Under the pieces are notes generated by a model. The model did not search any database and had not been told where the DNA came from. It saw nothing but the letters and a program-made list of their open reading frames with translations. A program made the position numbers and the translations under genes. From the NCBI GenBank assembly GCA_965261085.1, contig OZ253442.1, forward strand, positions 2,912,001-2,976,000: a DNA stretch of 64,000 nucleotides, in the 5' to 3' direction. This DNA is from a bacterium (GTDB lineage Bacteria; UBA8248). Shown here piece after piece: positions 26,677-35,537 of the stretch. The number at the start of each line of letters is the position of its first letter. Within the stretch, counting starts at the first letter, position 1.

Positions 26677-27492
26677 TCATGGCCAAGCGAGCACTCCCCG
26701 CCGCACGGGGATTTTCGTTTGCCCGCGCGCAGCGAGCGCGCAGACGGGACAATCCGGGTTCTGGGCCACACGCACGCTCCCGACGGCGTTTTTCCAGAAA
26801 TCAGCCGTCATCAGCCTGTTCGACCAGGCGGGCTCAAGCCCCTGGAGAACACGCAGCGCATCGGCGGCCTGCGCCATGCCCACGAAACCCGCCACCGCTC
26901 CGAAAACGCCCGCATCCCCGCAATCGAGGCCGCGCGCGTTTGCGCCCTCCTCTCCCACGAGGCAGCGCAGACACGCGCTCTTACCGGGCAGAATCGTCAG
27001 AACCTGGCCGAAAAACCGTAAAACGCCCCCCATCACCCACGGCTTGTTCGATGCGGCGCAGGCGTCGTTCAGGGCCATTTTGGACTCGATATTATCGCTT
27101 CCATCGATGATGACGTCGTAAGGCGCGATGATTCGGGCGGCATTCCCGCGCGTGAGTTTTTGGGGAATCTTATCCACAGCTACCTTGGCGGATAGCCTGA
27201 AAATGGAATCAGCACCCGAGTCCACCTTCAGGCGGCCGATGTCCTCGCCTCGGTGGAGAATCTGGCGGGCCAGGTTGTCGAGCGACACCACGTCGTGATC
27301 CGCAAGCCCGATGCGCGCAACGCCCGCCGCCGCAAGGGCGAGCGCGGCGGGACAGCCCAGGCCGCCGACCCCCACGATGAGGACGGACGAGCCCGCCAGG
27401 GCGCATTTCTCGCTCTTGGGTGCCGTGGATGCGCTTGCGGACGCCCCCGGCGCTGCACCGGGCAGCCCCGCGTGAGGAGTATGAAGGCTCAT
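26677..27492 (-). CDS. ThiF/MoeB-family E1-like adenylyltransferase lacking the N-terminal RYxR helix
   Basis: GVGGLG, D..V...NLARQ, DGSDN, CLRC, conserved Cys (LDCGDAGV) and CPVC; start overlaps the upstream stop (ATGA). Confidence 0.9.
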   Translation of the reverse strand: MSLHTPHAGLPGAAPGASASASTAPKSEKCALAGSSVLIVGVGGLGCPAALALAAAGVARIGLADHDVVSLDNLARQILHRGEDIGRLKVDSGADSIFRLSAKVAVDKIPQKLTRGNAARIIAPYDVIIDGSDNIESKMALNDACAASNKPWVMGGVLRFFGQVLTILPGKSACLRCLVGEEGANARGLDCGDAGVFGAVAGFVGMAQAADALRVLQGLEPAWSNRLMTADFWKNAVGSVRVAQNPDCPVCALAARGQTKIPVRRGVLAWP

Positions 27493-27983
27493 GCGCCCGC
27501 CTCCTCGAATATCTCCAGATCGCTTTCAACGAAAGTCTTTTGCTCCGCATCCCAGTAATACACCTTCTGGCCGAGTACGACGCCCGCGCGCACGCTCATG
27601 ACGACGTGCCCCGCATCCGGGAACGCCGGGATATCGCCGAAAGGAACCGCCGCATCCACGTCTTCCTGTGAAAAATAGGCGTCCTCATCCGGGTGGCTGT
27701 GAAAGATGCCGCGAACCACCTCGCCCGCCTCCTCGGCCCGCCTCACGATGCGCTCGAACTCGAAGGGATCGATCAGAAAAGCGCGCCGCGCCGTTCGGGG
27801 ATAGATTTCCGGGTCTTTCTCGTGCATCTCGTTCTGCACGTTTTTACAGGGCGAAAGGGCGAAAGTTTCTTCTTTATCCCCTTGCGCAGGCGGGGGGCCG
27901 ATAATCAACCCGCAGCACTCATCGGGATACGCCTCGCGCGCGTGGCGGTGCATCGCCTCCACCTGATCACGATTCAGACGCAA
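27489..27983 (-). CDS. JAMM/Mov34/MPN+ metalloprotease (M67, Mec-like)
   Basis: YPDECCG (Glu) and FHSHPD..AYFSQED (HxH-x7-S-x2-D) motif. Confidence 0.93.
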   Translation of the reverse strand: MRLNRDQVEAMHRHAREAYPDECCGLIIGPPPAQGDKEETFALSPCKNVQNEMHEKDPEIYPRTARRAFLIDPFEFERIVRRAEEAGEVVRGIFHSHPDEDAYFSQEDVDAAVPFGDIPAFPDAGHVVMSVRAGVVLGQKVYYWDAEQKTFVESDLEIFEEAGA

Positions 27984-27994
27984 ATCAAGCCTCC

Positions 27995-28933
27995 CTAGCG
28001 CGCTTCGCTCAAGTACCTGTCTCCCCCGTCGGGAAACAGGGTGACGATGACGCCCTTTCCTATCCGCTTCGCCACCTCCCGCACGCCCACGAGCGCAGCC
28101 CCCGCCGAGTGGCCGATGAAAAGGCCCTCTTCTTTCGCTATGCGCTCGGCCAGGTCGTAGCTCTCCTCGGTGTCCGCCAGAATCAGGTGATCGTGCACGC
28201 TCTCATCGTAAATCCCCGGGCGAATGGCCGTGGGGATGTGCTTCATGCCCTCCAGGCCGTGAAACGATTCTGAGGGCATGACGGCATGAACCTGAACGTC
28301 TGGCTTCCTCGCCTGGAGGCCGCGCCCCGTCCCCACGAGGGTGCCCGTCGTGCCGAGGCCCGCTACGAAGTGCTCCACGCGCCCGTCGGTCTGCTCCAGA
28401 ATCTCGACCGCCGTGGTCTCCACGTGGGCGAGCGGGTTGGCGGGGTTGTCGTACTGACAGGGCAGGAAATATTTTTCCGGCTCGTCGCGGCGCATCTTCG
28501 CCGCGAGGCGCTGCGCCCCGTCCGAACCCTCCAGGGGGTCCGAGAGAACGATGTCGGCCCCGTAGCCCTTGAGCGTCGCCTTGCGCTCATCGCTCGCGTT
28601 CGCAGGCAGGACGAGGCGGACGGGAATCCCGAGCGCAGCGCCGATCATGGCGTAGGCGATGCCGGTGTTCCCGCTCGTGGAATCGAGAAGAATTTTCCCG
28701 GGGCGCAAATCTCCCGATTCCAGGCCGTCCTTCACCATGAAGAGCGCGGGCCTGTCCTTCACCGAACCGCCCGGATTGAACCACTCCGCCTTGGCGTAGA
28801 CTTCCACGTCCGGGAATTCGCTCTCGAACAACTTGATTTCGAGCAAGGGGGTGTTGCCGATGCACCTGATGATTGAGGAATCCCCTAAATTCCTGAACGC
28901 GCTCGCGGGATTCTCCACCGTCGATTCGACCAT
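27995..28933 (-). CDS. cysM: Cysteine synthase B-type (CysM-like)
   Basis: IGNTPL, NPGGSVKDR, STSGNTG, GLGTTGT and FPDGGDRYLS motifs. Confidence 0.85.
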   Translation of the reverse strand: MVESTVENPASAFRNLGDSSIIRCIGNTPLLEIKLFESEFPDVEVYAKAEWFNPGGSVKDRPALFMVKDGLESGDLRPGKILLDSTSGNTGIAYAMIGAALGIPVRLVLPANASDERKATLKGYGADIVLSDPLEGSDGAQRLAAKMRRDEPEKYFLPCQYDNPANPLAHVETTAVEILEQTDGRVEHFVAGLGTTGTLVGTGRGLQARKPDVQVHAVMPSESFHGLEGMKHIPTAIRPGIYDESVHDHLILADTEESYDLAERIAKEEGLFIGHSAGAALVGVREVAKRIGKGVIVTLFPDGGDRYLSEAR

Positions 28934-28966
28934 TGATATGGCCCTCGCACTTGGTTCCTGAAAATT

Positions 28967-29626
28967 TCAGGAAAGGTTCGCACGCGCTTCGATGAAGCCA
29001 TGCGAAAGATCGAAACGGGCCTGCGAAGTCGACCCCACCGTATCCATTCCATCCACAAGATACCGTAATACCCTGGCGGCCAGCCATGCGCCCAAAGCTC
29101 CCTGAGTCGCCATCGATGGCGAATCCCCTCCAGTAGAGGTTACGCCCGGCTTCCCGAAAACACCGGGGCCTTCGAGAATTTCACCCGCCTCATCACGGCT
29201 CGCGCCTCGTATGACGAATTTCCCCGTAGATTTGAGAGCCTCGTAATCTCTCGTGGACTCATCGCCCAGCCGGACGAGGACATCGAAATCCTCCCCCACT
29301 CCCTCGCCCGGTCGACAGGAAACCAGCCTGGAATCGGGATTGAGGCTCCTTAAGCCATCCCCCAGAGAAATACCTAAAAACGAGGAGAGCGGAGATTCTC
29401 CCCCCTGCCCGTCTCCCCCGCCGGCTTCATCTAACGGACACCAGCCGATGCGGCCCACGCCCGCAGCGGAAAGATAGGTCAGGGCCACGAGGGCGGCGTT
29501 CTCCTCACTCTTAGAAAACGCGAGGAGGACGGAGGACGCGAGCAGGCGCTCCTGCCCGACACCTCCCACGCCTGGGAGAAGAATGTGGCGGCTGTAGCGC
29601 TGAATCTGCTCTTCGCTCAAGCCCAA
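28967..29626 (-). CDS. Degenerate ThiF/MoeB-fold protein retaining RYSRH but lacking ATP loop and Zn motifs
   Basis: LSEEQIQRYSRHILLPGVGGVGQERL, YLSAAGVGRIG, LRSLNPD and GALGAWLAARVLRYL are present; GxGxxG, NLxRQ and CxxC are absent. Confidence 0.85.
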   Translation of the reverse strand: MGLSEEQIQRYSRHILLPGVGGVGQERLLASSVLLAFSKSEENAALVALTYLSAAGVGRIGWCPLDEAGGGDGQGGESPLSSFLGISLGDGLRSLNPDSRLVSCRPGEGVGEDFDVLVRLGDESTRDYEALKSTGKFVIRGASRDEAGEILEGPGVFGKPGVTSTGGDSPSMATQGALGAWLAARVLRYLVDGMDTVGSTSQARFDLSHGFIEARANLS

Positions 29627-29657
29627 GGAGCGGTTCTCCTCTCAGCAGGACCGGGGA

Positions 29658-29939
29658 TCAGTACAGGCCGCCCGCGATGGCCGGCACGATGGAGACCTCA
29701 TCCCCATCGCTCACCGCCGTCCCCTCGCCTTGCAGGAAGCGGATGTCCTCCTGGTTGACATAAATGTTCACGAAGCGGCGCAGTTTGCCCTCCTCGTCAT
29801 ACAGGCGCTGGCCGATGCCCGCGAACTGGTTGTCGAGGTTTGCGAGCACTTCCTTGACGTCCGCGCCCGCGATCTCCACGGCGTCCTGCTGCTGGGTGAA
29901 CTCCTGTAAAGGTGTCGGAATACGAACCGTTACCGCCAT
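29658..29939 (-). CDS. MoaD/ThiS/CysO-type ubiquitin-like sulfur carrier with C-terminal GG-LY extension
   Basis: VRIPTPL, LRRFVNIYVN.EDIRFL and DGDEVSIVPAIAGG-LY; AGGAG RBS. Confidence 0.93.
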   Translation of the reverse strand: MAVTVRIPTPLQEFTQQQDAVEIAGADVKEVLANLDNQFAGIGQRLYDEEGKLRRFVNIYVNQEDIRFLQGEGTAVSDGDEVSIVPAIAGGLY

Positions 29940-29991
29940 TTCTGTCTCCTGATCTGAAACCCCTCGCTTCGGGGTGGACGAAATAAGGTTT

Positions 29992-30951
29992 CTAATGAAA
30001 TTGCTGCTCCAGACTATAATATCTCTCCCATCCATCGGGAATCACGACCACCACGTTTTTCTCAGGACCCATCCGGGCGGCCGCGCGCAGGGCCGCGCAA
30101 ACGGCTGCGCCCGCCGAGATGCCTGCGGCCATGCCCTCCTCCCGGCTCAGGGCCTTGCTCATGTCGTAGGCGTCTGAATCGCTCACCTGCGCCACCTCGT
30201 CAATAACCGCCCGGTTCAACACCGCAGGGATGAAACCCGCGCCGATTCCCTGTATCTGGTGCGGACCCGGCTCCCCGCCCGAGAGAACGGGGGATGCGGC
30301 GGGCTCCACGCCGACGATGAGGGTTTCGGGCCTTCTCTCCTTCAAGACCTCGCCCACTCCCGTGATGGTGCCCCCCGTCCCCACGCCCGCCACGAAGGCG
30401 TCCACCGATTCCGCTCCCATATCGCGCAAAATCTCGCGCGCCGTGGTTCTGCGGTGGATTTCCGGGTTGGCCGGGTTGTTGAACTGCTGGGGCATGAAAT
30501 AGTCTGGATTTTCGGCCAATATGGCTTCCGCCATCACGAGGGAGCCGTACATGCCGCCCTCGCTCGAACTGAAGACCACCTCCGCCCCGTAGCCCGTGAG
30601 CAGAGAGTGCCGCTCGTGGCTCATGCTCTTACTGAGCACGATGATGGTCCTGTAGCCGCGAATGGCGCCGATGAGCGCCAAGCCTATCCCCGTGTTGCCG
30701 CTGGTGGGTTCGATGATCGTTCCGCCGGGCTTTAAGAGTCCACGCCGCTCGCCGTCGAGCACCATGCTGAGCGCGATGCGGTCCTTCACGCTTCCGCCGG
30801 GATTATATTGCTCGAGCTTGGCGAACACGCGCGCGCCGGATGCGTCGGGCAGGCGTTGCAGTTGGACGAGGCTCGTGCCCCCGATGCGATCGATGAGCGA
30901 GGGAAGCGCTCTCAGAATCTGGGGCGGACGACCCCGTGTGCCCAATGCCAT
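29992..30951 (-). CDS. cysK: Cysteine synthase A
   Basis: NPGGSVKDRIA, EPTSGNTGIG, QQFNNPAN, GVGTGGT and HQIQGIGAGF motifs. Confidence 0.92.
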   Translation of the reverse strand: MALGTRGRPPQILRALPSLIDRIGGTSLVQLQRLPDASGARVFAKLEQYNPGGSVKDRIALSMVLDGERRGLLKPGGTIIEPTSGNTGIGLALIGAIRGYRTIIVLSKSMSHERHSLLTGYGAEVVFSSSEGGMYGSLVMAEAILAENPDYFMPQQFNNPANPEIHRRTTAREILRDMGAESVDAFVAGVGTGGTITGVGEVLKERRPETLIVGVEPAASPVLSGGEPGPHQIQGIGAGFIPAVLNRAVIDEVAQVSDSDAYDMSKALSREEGMAAGISAGAAVCAALRAAARMGPEKNVVVVIPDGWERYYSLEQQFH

Positions 30952-30996
30952 GAGAGTACCCTTCCAAATCTTTTTATATGGACCCAGCCGAGCGTG

Positions 30997-31029
30997 AGAC
31001 TATAATTCCTAAACAAAATTGTCAAGAAT
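30997..31029 (-). promoter_or_regulatory. cys-operon promoter overlapped by a 25-bp Rrf2-type imperfect palindrome
   Basis: Minus strand TTGACA-17-TAGTCT; ATTCTTGACAATTTTGTTTAGGAAT (31005-31029). Confidence 0.6.
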
Positions 31030-31158
31030 TCCCCATTAAAGAGTTTTTCCGTTTCTTCTCATCTTCGAAATGCTCTTGGCATACTCCCAATATATTCTCG
31101 GTGTGCTACATTCTCATGGCGCATCGCCTTGTGATGTGACGTGAAAGGAGAAAGCGAC

Positions 31159-31980
31159 ATGGCTAAATCCGGGACGGTTCCCCCCATCGCCCTGACGATA
31201 GCGGGTTCGGACTCAAGCGGCGGGGCCGGGATTCAGGCCGATCTCAAGACTTTTAGCGCATTCGGCGTCTATGGCGCCTCGGTCATCACCGCGCTGACGG
31301 CGCAAAATACCGTGGGCGTTCAAGGAGTCCACGGCGCGCCGCCTGATTTCATCGCGGCGCAGTTCGATTCGGTATGTTCAGACTTAAACGTAGCAAGCGC
31401 CAAGATCGGCATGCTCGCCACGGTCGGCGTCATCGAGGTCGTGGCCGAGAAACTCAAAGCACACGCGCTCGCGCGCGTCGTGCTCGATCCGGTGATGGTC
31501 GCCAAAAGCGGCGATCGCCTCCTGGCGCCCGACGCCAGAGACGCACTCGTCGAAAAGCTCTTTCCGCTGGCCGACGTCGTCACCCCCAACACCGAAGAGG
31601 CGCGCGATATACTGGAGGTCCCCGAGATAGAGAACCTCGCGCAGATGAAGGACGCCGCCCGAGCCCTACATGAGCGCGGGGCGAAATGCGTCCTGCTCAA
31701 GGGAGGCCACATCACCGACGGGGCGGTGGATATTTTTTTCGACGGAGACAACGAGTTCGCACTGGAGGGTAGGCGCATCGACACCCCGCATACCCACGGC
31801 ACGGGATGCACGCTATCTTCGGCCATCGCGGCGGGGCTGGCCCTTGGGGAGTCCACCATCGAGGCCGTGAGAAAGGCGAAAGATTTCATTCAAGGCGCCA
31901 TCGAGAACGCGCTGGCCATTGGAAACGGAAGAGGCCCGCTTAACCACATGTACCGCCAACGCAAAGAGGAGTCCCGATGA
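31159..31980 (+). CDS. thiD: Hydroxymethylpyrimidine/phosphomethylpyrimidine kinase
   Basis: TIAGSDSSGGAGIQADLKTF, DPVMVAKSG and THGTGCTLS motifs. Confidence 0.96.
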   Translation: MAKSGTVPPIALTIAGSDSSGGAGIQADLKTFSAFGVYGASVITALTAQNTVGVQGVHGAPPDFIAAQFDSVCSDLNVASAKIGMLATVGVIEVVAEKLKAHALARVVLDPVMVAKSGDRLLAPDARDALVEKLFPLADVVTPNTEEARDILEVPEIENLAQMKDAARALHERGAKCVLLKGGHITDGAVDIFFDGDNEFALEGRRIDTPHTHGTGCTLSSAIAAGLALGESTIEAVRKAKDFIQGAIENALAIGNGRGPLNHMYRQRKEESR

Positions 31981-32049
31981 ATCGCGAATTCTCGCGGATG
32001 CGGATTTTTTATATTTCAGGTAACGATTCACTGAAAGGAAGGAGGCGTC

Positions 32050-32460
32050 ATGGGCGATCAGCATAAAAAACCCTTGCGCGTAAGGGAGAGCGAGGCCCTG
32101 AGCGGGGAGTTGCCCGTACCTGGAGGCAGGAGCATGTTCCGCATTCTGCTGGATGAGGAGACAGTGGGCGCCAAGCAGTTCGCCTTGCTCATCAACGAAT
32201 TCGACCCGGGGCTCACCTCCACCGCCCATAAGCACGACACCGAGGAGCATGCCTTCTACATCATCAGCGGAACGGGGGTGATCGACATCGAGGGGGATAA
32301 GATATCGGTCGAGGCGGGCGATGCGGTTTTCGTACCTCCGGGCAAGATGCACCAAATCACGAGCACGGGTGACGCGCTTTTTAAATATATGGTTTTATAT
32401 TCACCTCCGGGTCCCAACGTAGCGCTCAGGGAAAAAGGCGCTTATGGGCTCGCTGAATAA
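32050..32460 (+). CDS. Cupin domain protein
   Basis: HKH..EEH..YIISGTG and GDAVFVPPG..H motifs; GGAGG RBS. Confidence 0.9.
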   Translation: MGDQHKKPLRVRESEALSGELPVPGGRSMFRILLDEETVGAKQFALLINEFDPGLTSTAHKHDTEEHAFYIISGTGVIDIEGDKISVEAGDAVFVPPGKMHQITSTGDALFKYMVLYSPPGPNVALREKGAYGLAE

Positions 32461-32536
32461 TTCGGGTCTGATGCGTTAAGTCATCTTCACAAAACGGTAT
32501 AATAAGGATAAACCAAAATCCTTTTAGGGATAAAAA

Positions 32537-35086
32537 ATGACCACTGTACTTTCATTTCAGGTAGTGCCCAGCCTTCCTCCCGAATTGGAAGGGCTCGAAG
32601 AAATAGCCAACAACATCGCCTTCGACTGGAATCATCGCGCGCGCGCGCTGTTCGCCCACCTGGATGAGGCCCTGTGGGAGGATTGCCACTACAACCCCGT
32701 CACGATGCTGAAGTCCGTTTCGCAGGAGCGGCTCGATGCGGCGGCGCGCGATGCGCATTTCCTCCGCGATATGGAAAGCGTGGTCAAAGAGCTTCACGCA
32801 TACCTCCACAAACCATCCTGGTACCAGAACCTGCCAGAGAGCGAAAAGAGCGAAGATTTGCGCATCGCCTACTTCAGCATGGAATTCGGGCTGACGGAAT
32901 CCGTGCCCAACTATTCGGGCGGCCTGGGCGTCCTCGCCGGGGATCATATGAAATCCGCGAGCGACTTGGGGCTCCCCCTCATCGGCGTTGGCCTCGCCTA
33001 CGGCCAGGGGTATTTTCGCCAACACTTGGGGCCCGACGGCTGGCAACAGGAACGCTACCCGGACAACGATTTCCATCACACGCCGTTCCACCTCGAGCGC
33101 GATGAGAACGGCGAGCCCATCACGGTCGAGATCGACTACCCCGACGGCCCGCTCACCGCGCAAGTCTGGCACGTGCAGGTGGGCCGCAGCCCCATCTACC
33201 TCTTGGACGCCGACGTACCCGCAAACGCGCCCTCTCTGCGCGAAATCACCCTGGCCCTCTACGCCGGGGACATGGAGACGCGGATTCGCCAGGAGATACT
33301 GCTCGGCATCGGCGGCGTGAGACTACTCCACAAGCTGAACCTCCCCCCTGTCGTCTGCCACATGAACGAGGGGCACTCCGCCTTCCTGGCGCTCGAGAGA
33401 ATCCGTTTTTCGGTGGGGAAATTCGGCATAGACGCCGGGGCGGCGCGGGAGTTGACCTCAGCAGGAAACGTCTTTACGACGCACACGCCCGTTCCGGCGG
33501 GCATCGACATTTTTCCGCCCGACATGATGGAAAAATACTTTCGCGAATACGCGCAATCCCTCTCCATGGACTGGGACGACTTTATGGGTCTGGGCCGGGT
33601 GAACCCCGAACAGGGAGATGAACCTTTCAACATGGCGGTCCTCGCGCTGCGTCTTTCCTCGGCGGCGAACGGCGTAAGCAAGCTGCATGGCGAGGTTTCA
33701 CGAAAAATGTGGCAATCCATGTGGCCGGAAGTCCCCGAGCAGGATATTCCCATCGACTCCATCACGAACGGCGTCCACTTTCCCACCTGGGTATCGCCCG
33801 GGATGAAGGAGTTGTTCGACAAGCACCTGGGCGGCGCCTGGGTGGACGAGACGGACAAACCTGAGAAATGGGAGAGAGTCGCCTCCATCCCGGATAGCGA
33901 ACTCTGGGGCGTCAGGGAGAAAAGCCGCGAGCGGCTCATCGAGTTTTGCCGCGCACACGCGCTCAAGCGGCCATTGGGAAGCGTCACGCGCCCCAACATC
34001 ACCATACTCCCCAACCCCAAAGCCCTGACGATCGGATTCGCCAGACGTTTCGCCACCTACAAACGGGCCACTCTTTTGCTCAAGAGACCGGAACGCTTCG
34101 TCTCACTCCTCACGAACAGGGAAAAACCCGTTCAAATCGTATTCGCCGGTAAAGCCCACCCGAGGGACATGGAAGGCAAGAGTTTCATTCGCGAACTCCT
34201 CCACTTCGCCCGCAGGGAAAACGTGCGGGACAAACTCGTATTCGTGGAGGACTACGACATCCACGTCGCGCGGCAACTCGTTCAGGGAGTGGATATGTGG
34301 CTCAACAATCCCCGCCGCCCTCAGGAAGCAAGCGGCACCAGCGGCATGAAGGCCGCCGCCAACGGCGCCTTGAACCTGAGCATCATGGACGGCTGGTGGG
34401 CGGAGGGGTATGCAAGTCATTTGGGGTGGGCGATCGGAGGTCTCGAGACGTATAGCGACCCCGGCTACCAGGACGAGATGGAGTGCGAGAGCTTGTTCAA
34501 CACCCTCGAGCAAGTCGTTGTTCCCCTTTTCTATGAACGCAACGAAGAGGACATTCCATCCGGTTGGATAGAGATGATCAAGAATTCACTGCAATCCCTC
34601 TGTCCCTACTTCAATACAAGTCGAATGGTGCACGAATACGCTCAAAAATTTTACCTGCCCTTGGGAGCGCACCATGCGCGCCTCATGGCGGATGAGAGAA
34701 CACCCGCAAAGTCGCTCTCCGAATGGAAAGAGCGCGTGCGAGACGCATGGCCCGGGGTGGAGATCACCAAAATATCGATGTCGCAAAACGGCGTCGTTCC
34801 ACTGGGCGCCAAAATGAGGGTAGAAGCAGAGGTTTCGCTCGGAAGGCTCTCTCCAGAAGAAGTTCGTCTCGAGATATACGAGGGCGCCTTGAAAGAAGAG
34901 AACCAGTTGGCCGGCGAGGTGGTCTCCCCCATGCTCTTCTCGGAAGACTTAGGGGGCGGCGTATATCGTTTCCATGGCGAGATCGAATGCCGCAGAACGG
35001 GCATGCACGGCGTGTCGGTGCGCGCAGTGCCCCATCACCAGCACCTCATTCATCCTCTAGGCCTCCACCTTTTAACCTGGGGCTAG
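32537..35086 (+). CDS. glgP: Alpha-glucan (glycogen/maltodextrin) phosphorylase
   Basis: YSGGLGVLAGDH, HMNEGH, FARRFATYKR and EASGTSGMKAA (PLP Lys) motifs. Confidence 0.96.
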   Translation: MTTVLSFQVVPSLPPELEGLEEIANNIAFDWNHRARALFAHLDEALWEDCHYNPVTMLKSVSQERLDAAARDAHFLRDMESVVKELHAYLHKPSWYQNLPESEKSEDLRIAYFSMEFGLTESVPNYSGGLGVLAGDHMKSASDLGLPLIGVGLAYGQGYFRQHLGPDGWQQERYPDNDFHHTPFHLERDENGEPITVEIDYPDGPLTAQVWHVQVGRSPIYLLDADVPANAPSLREITLALYAGDMETRIRQEILLGIGGVRLLHKLNLPPVVCHMNEGHSAFLALERIRFSVGKFGIDAGAARELTSAGNVFTTHTPVPAGIDIFPPDMMEKYFREYAQSLSMDWDDFMGLGRVNPEQGDEPFNMAVLALRLSSAANGVSKLHGEVSRKMWQSMWPEVPEQDIPIDSITNGVHFPTWVSPGMKELFDKHLGGAWVDETDKPEKWERVASIPDSELWGVREKSRERLIEFCRAHALKRPLGSVTRPNITILPNPKALTIGFARRFATYKRATLLLKRPERFVSLLTNREKPVQIVFAGKAHPRDMEGKSFIRELLHFARRENVRDKLVFVEDYDIHVARQLVQGVDMWLNNPRRPQEASGTSGMKAAANGALNLSIMDGWWAEGYASHLGWAIGGLETYSDPGYQDEMECESLFNTLEQVVVPLFYERNEEDIPSGWIEMIKNSLQSLCPYFNTSRMVHEYAQKFYLPLGAHHARLMADERTPAKSLSEWKERVRDAWPGVEITKISMSQNGVVPLGAKMRVEAEVSLGRLSPEEVRLEIYEGALKEENQLAGEVVSPMLFSEDLGGGVYRFHGEIECRRTGMHGVSVRAVPHHQHLIHPLGLHLLTWG

Positions 35087-35183
35087 GCCCAGCGCGCCAA
35101 AAAGCGCATTTCATGTTTCTCCCCACTCTTGGTAAGCTGTTCGAAACGAAGGGCCGATCAGCGGGCTCGGAGGAGAATTATTC

Positions 35184-35498
35184 ATGAACGAGAAGAAACC
35201 ATACATCGTCGAAATCGGTCAGGGGGGAAGAATCCATCTTCCCAAGGATGTCATGAAATCCCTGGACGCCGGGCCCGGGAATCAAATCAGGTTTGAGATT
35301 GGGGAGGATTCCGTGCGGATTCTGCGTCATCAGGTAAAAGACCCGTTTGCCGAAGCCGCCAGGAAGAAAACCCCCGACATTCAGGATTTGATGAGTCAAC
35401 AAGCGGCCAGAAGAAAAGAGGCGGCCGATCTGTTTGAGAAAGGAATGCAGGAAAAACACGAAATCAGGCCCGAGGATCGGGAAGATTTCTGGCGGTAA
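35184..35498 (+). CDS. AbrB/MazE/SpoVT-type DNA-binding domain protein
   Basis: IGQGGRIHLPKDV...L...PG..I.F pattern; GGAGG RBS. Confidence 0.75.
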   Translation: MNEKKPYIVEIGQGGRIHLPKDVMKSLDAGPGNQIRFEIGEDSVRILRHQVKDPFAEAARKKTPDIQDLMSQQAARRKEAADLFEKGMQEKHEIRPEDREDFWR

Positions 35499-35537
35499 CG
35501 GCAAATAGCCAGAAAAGCGAAACCGCTGCAAAATCCC

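Noticed and set aside
31030-31158. TPP riboswitch upstream of thiD
   Set aside because: No CTGAGA or related TPP aptamer motifs were seen; the leader is short.
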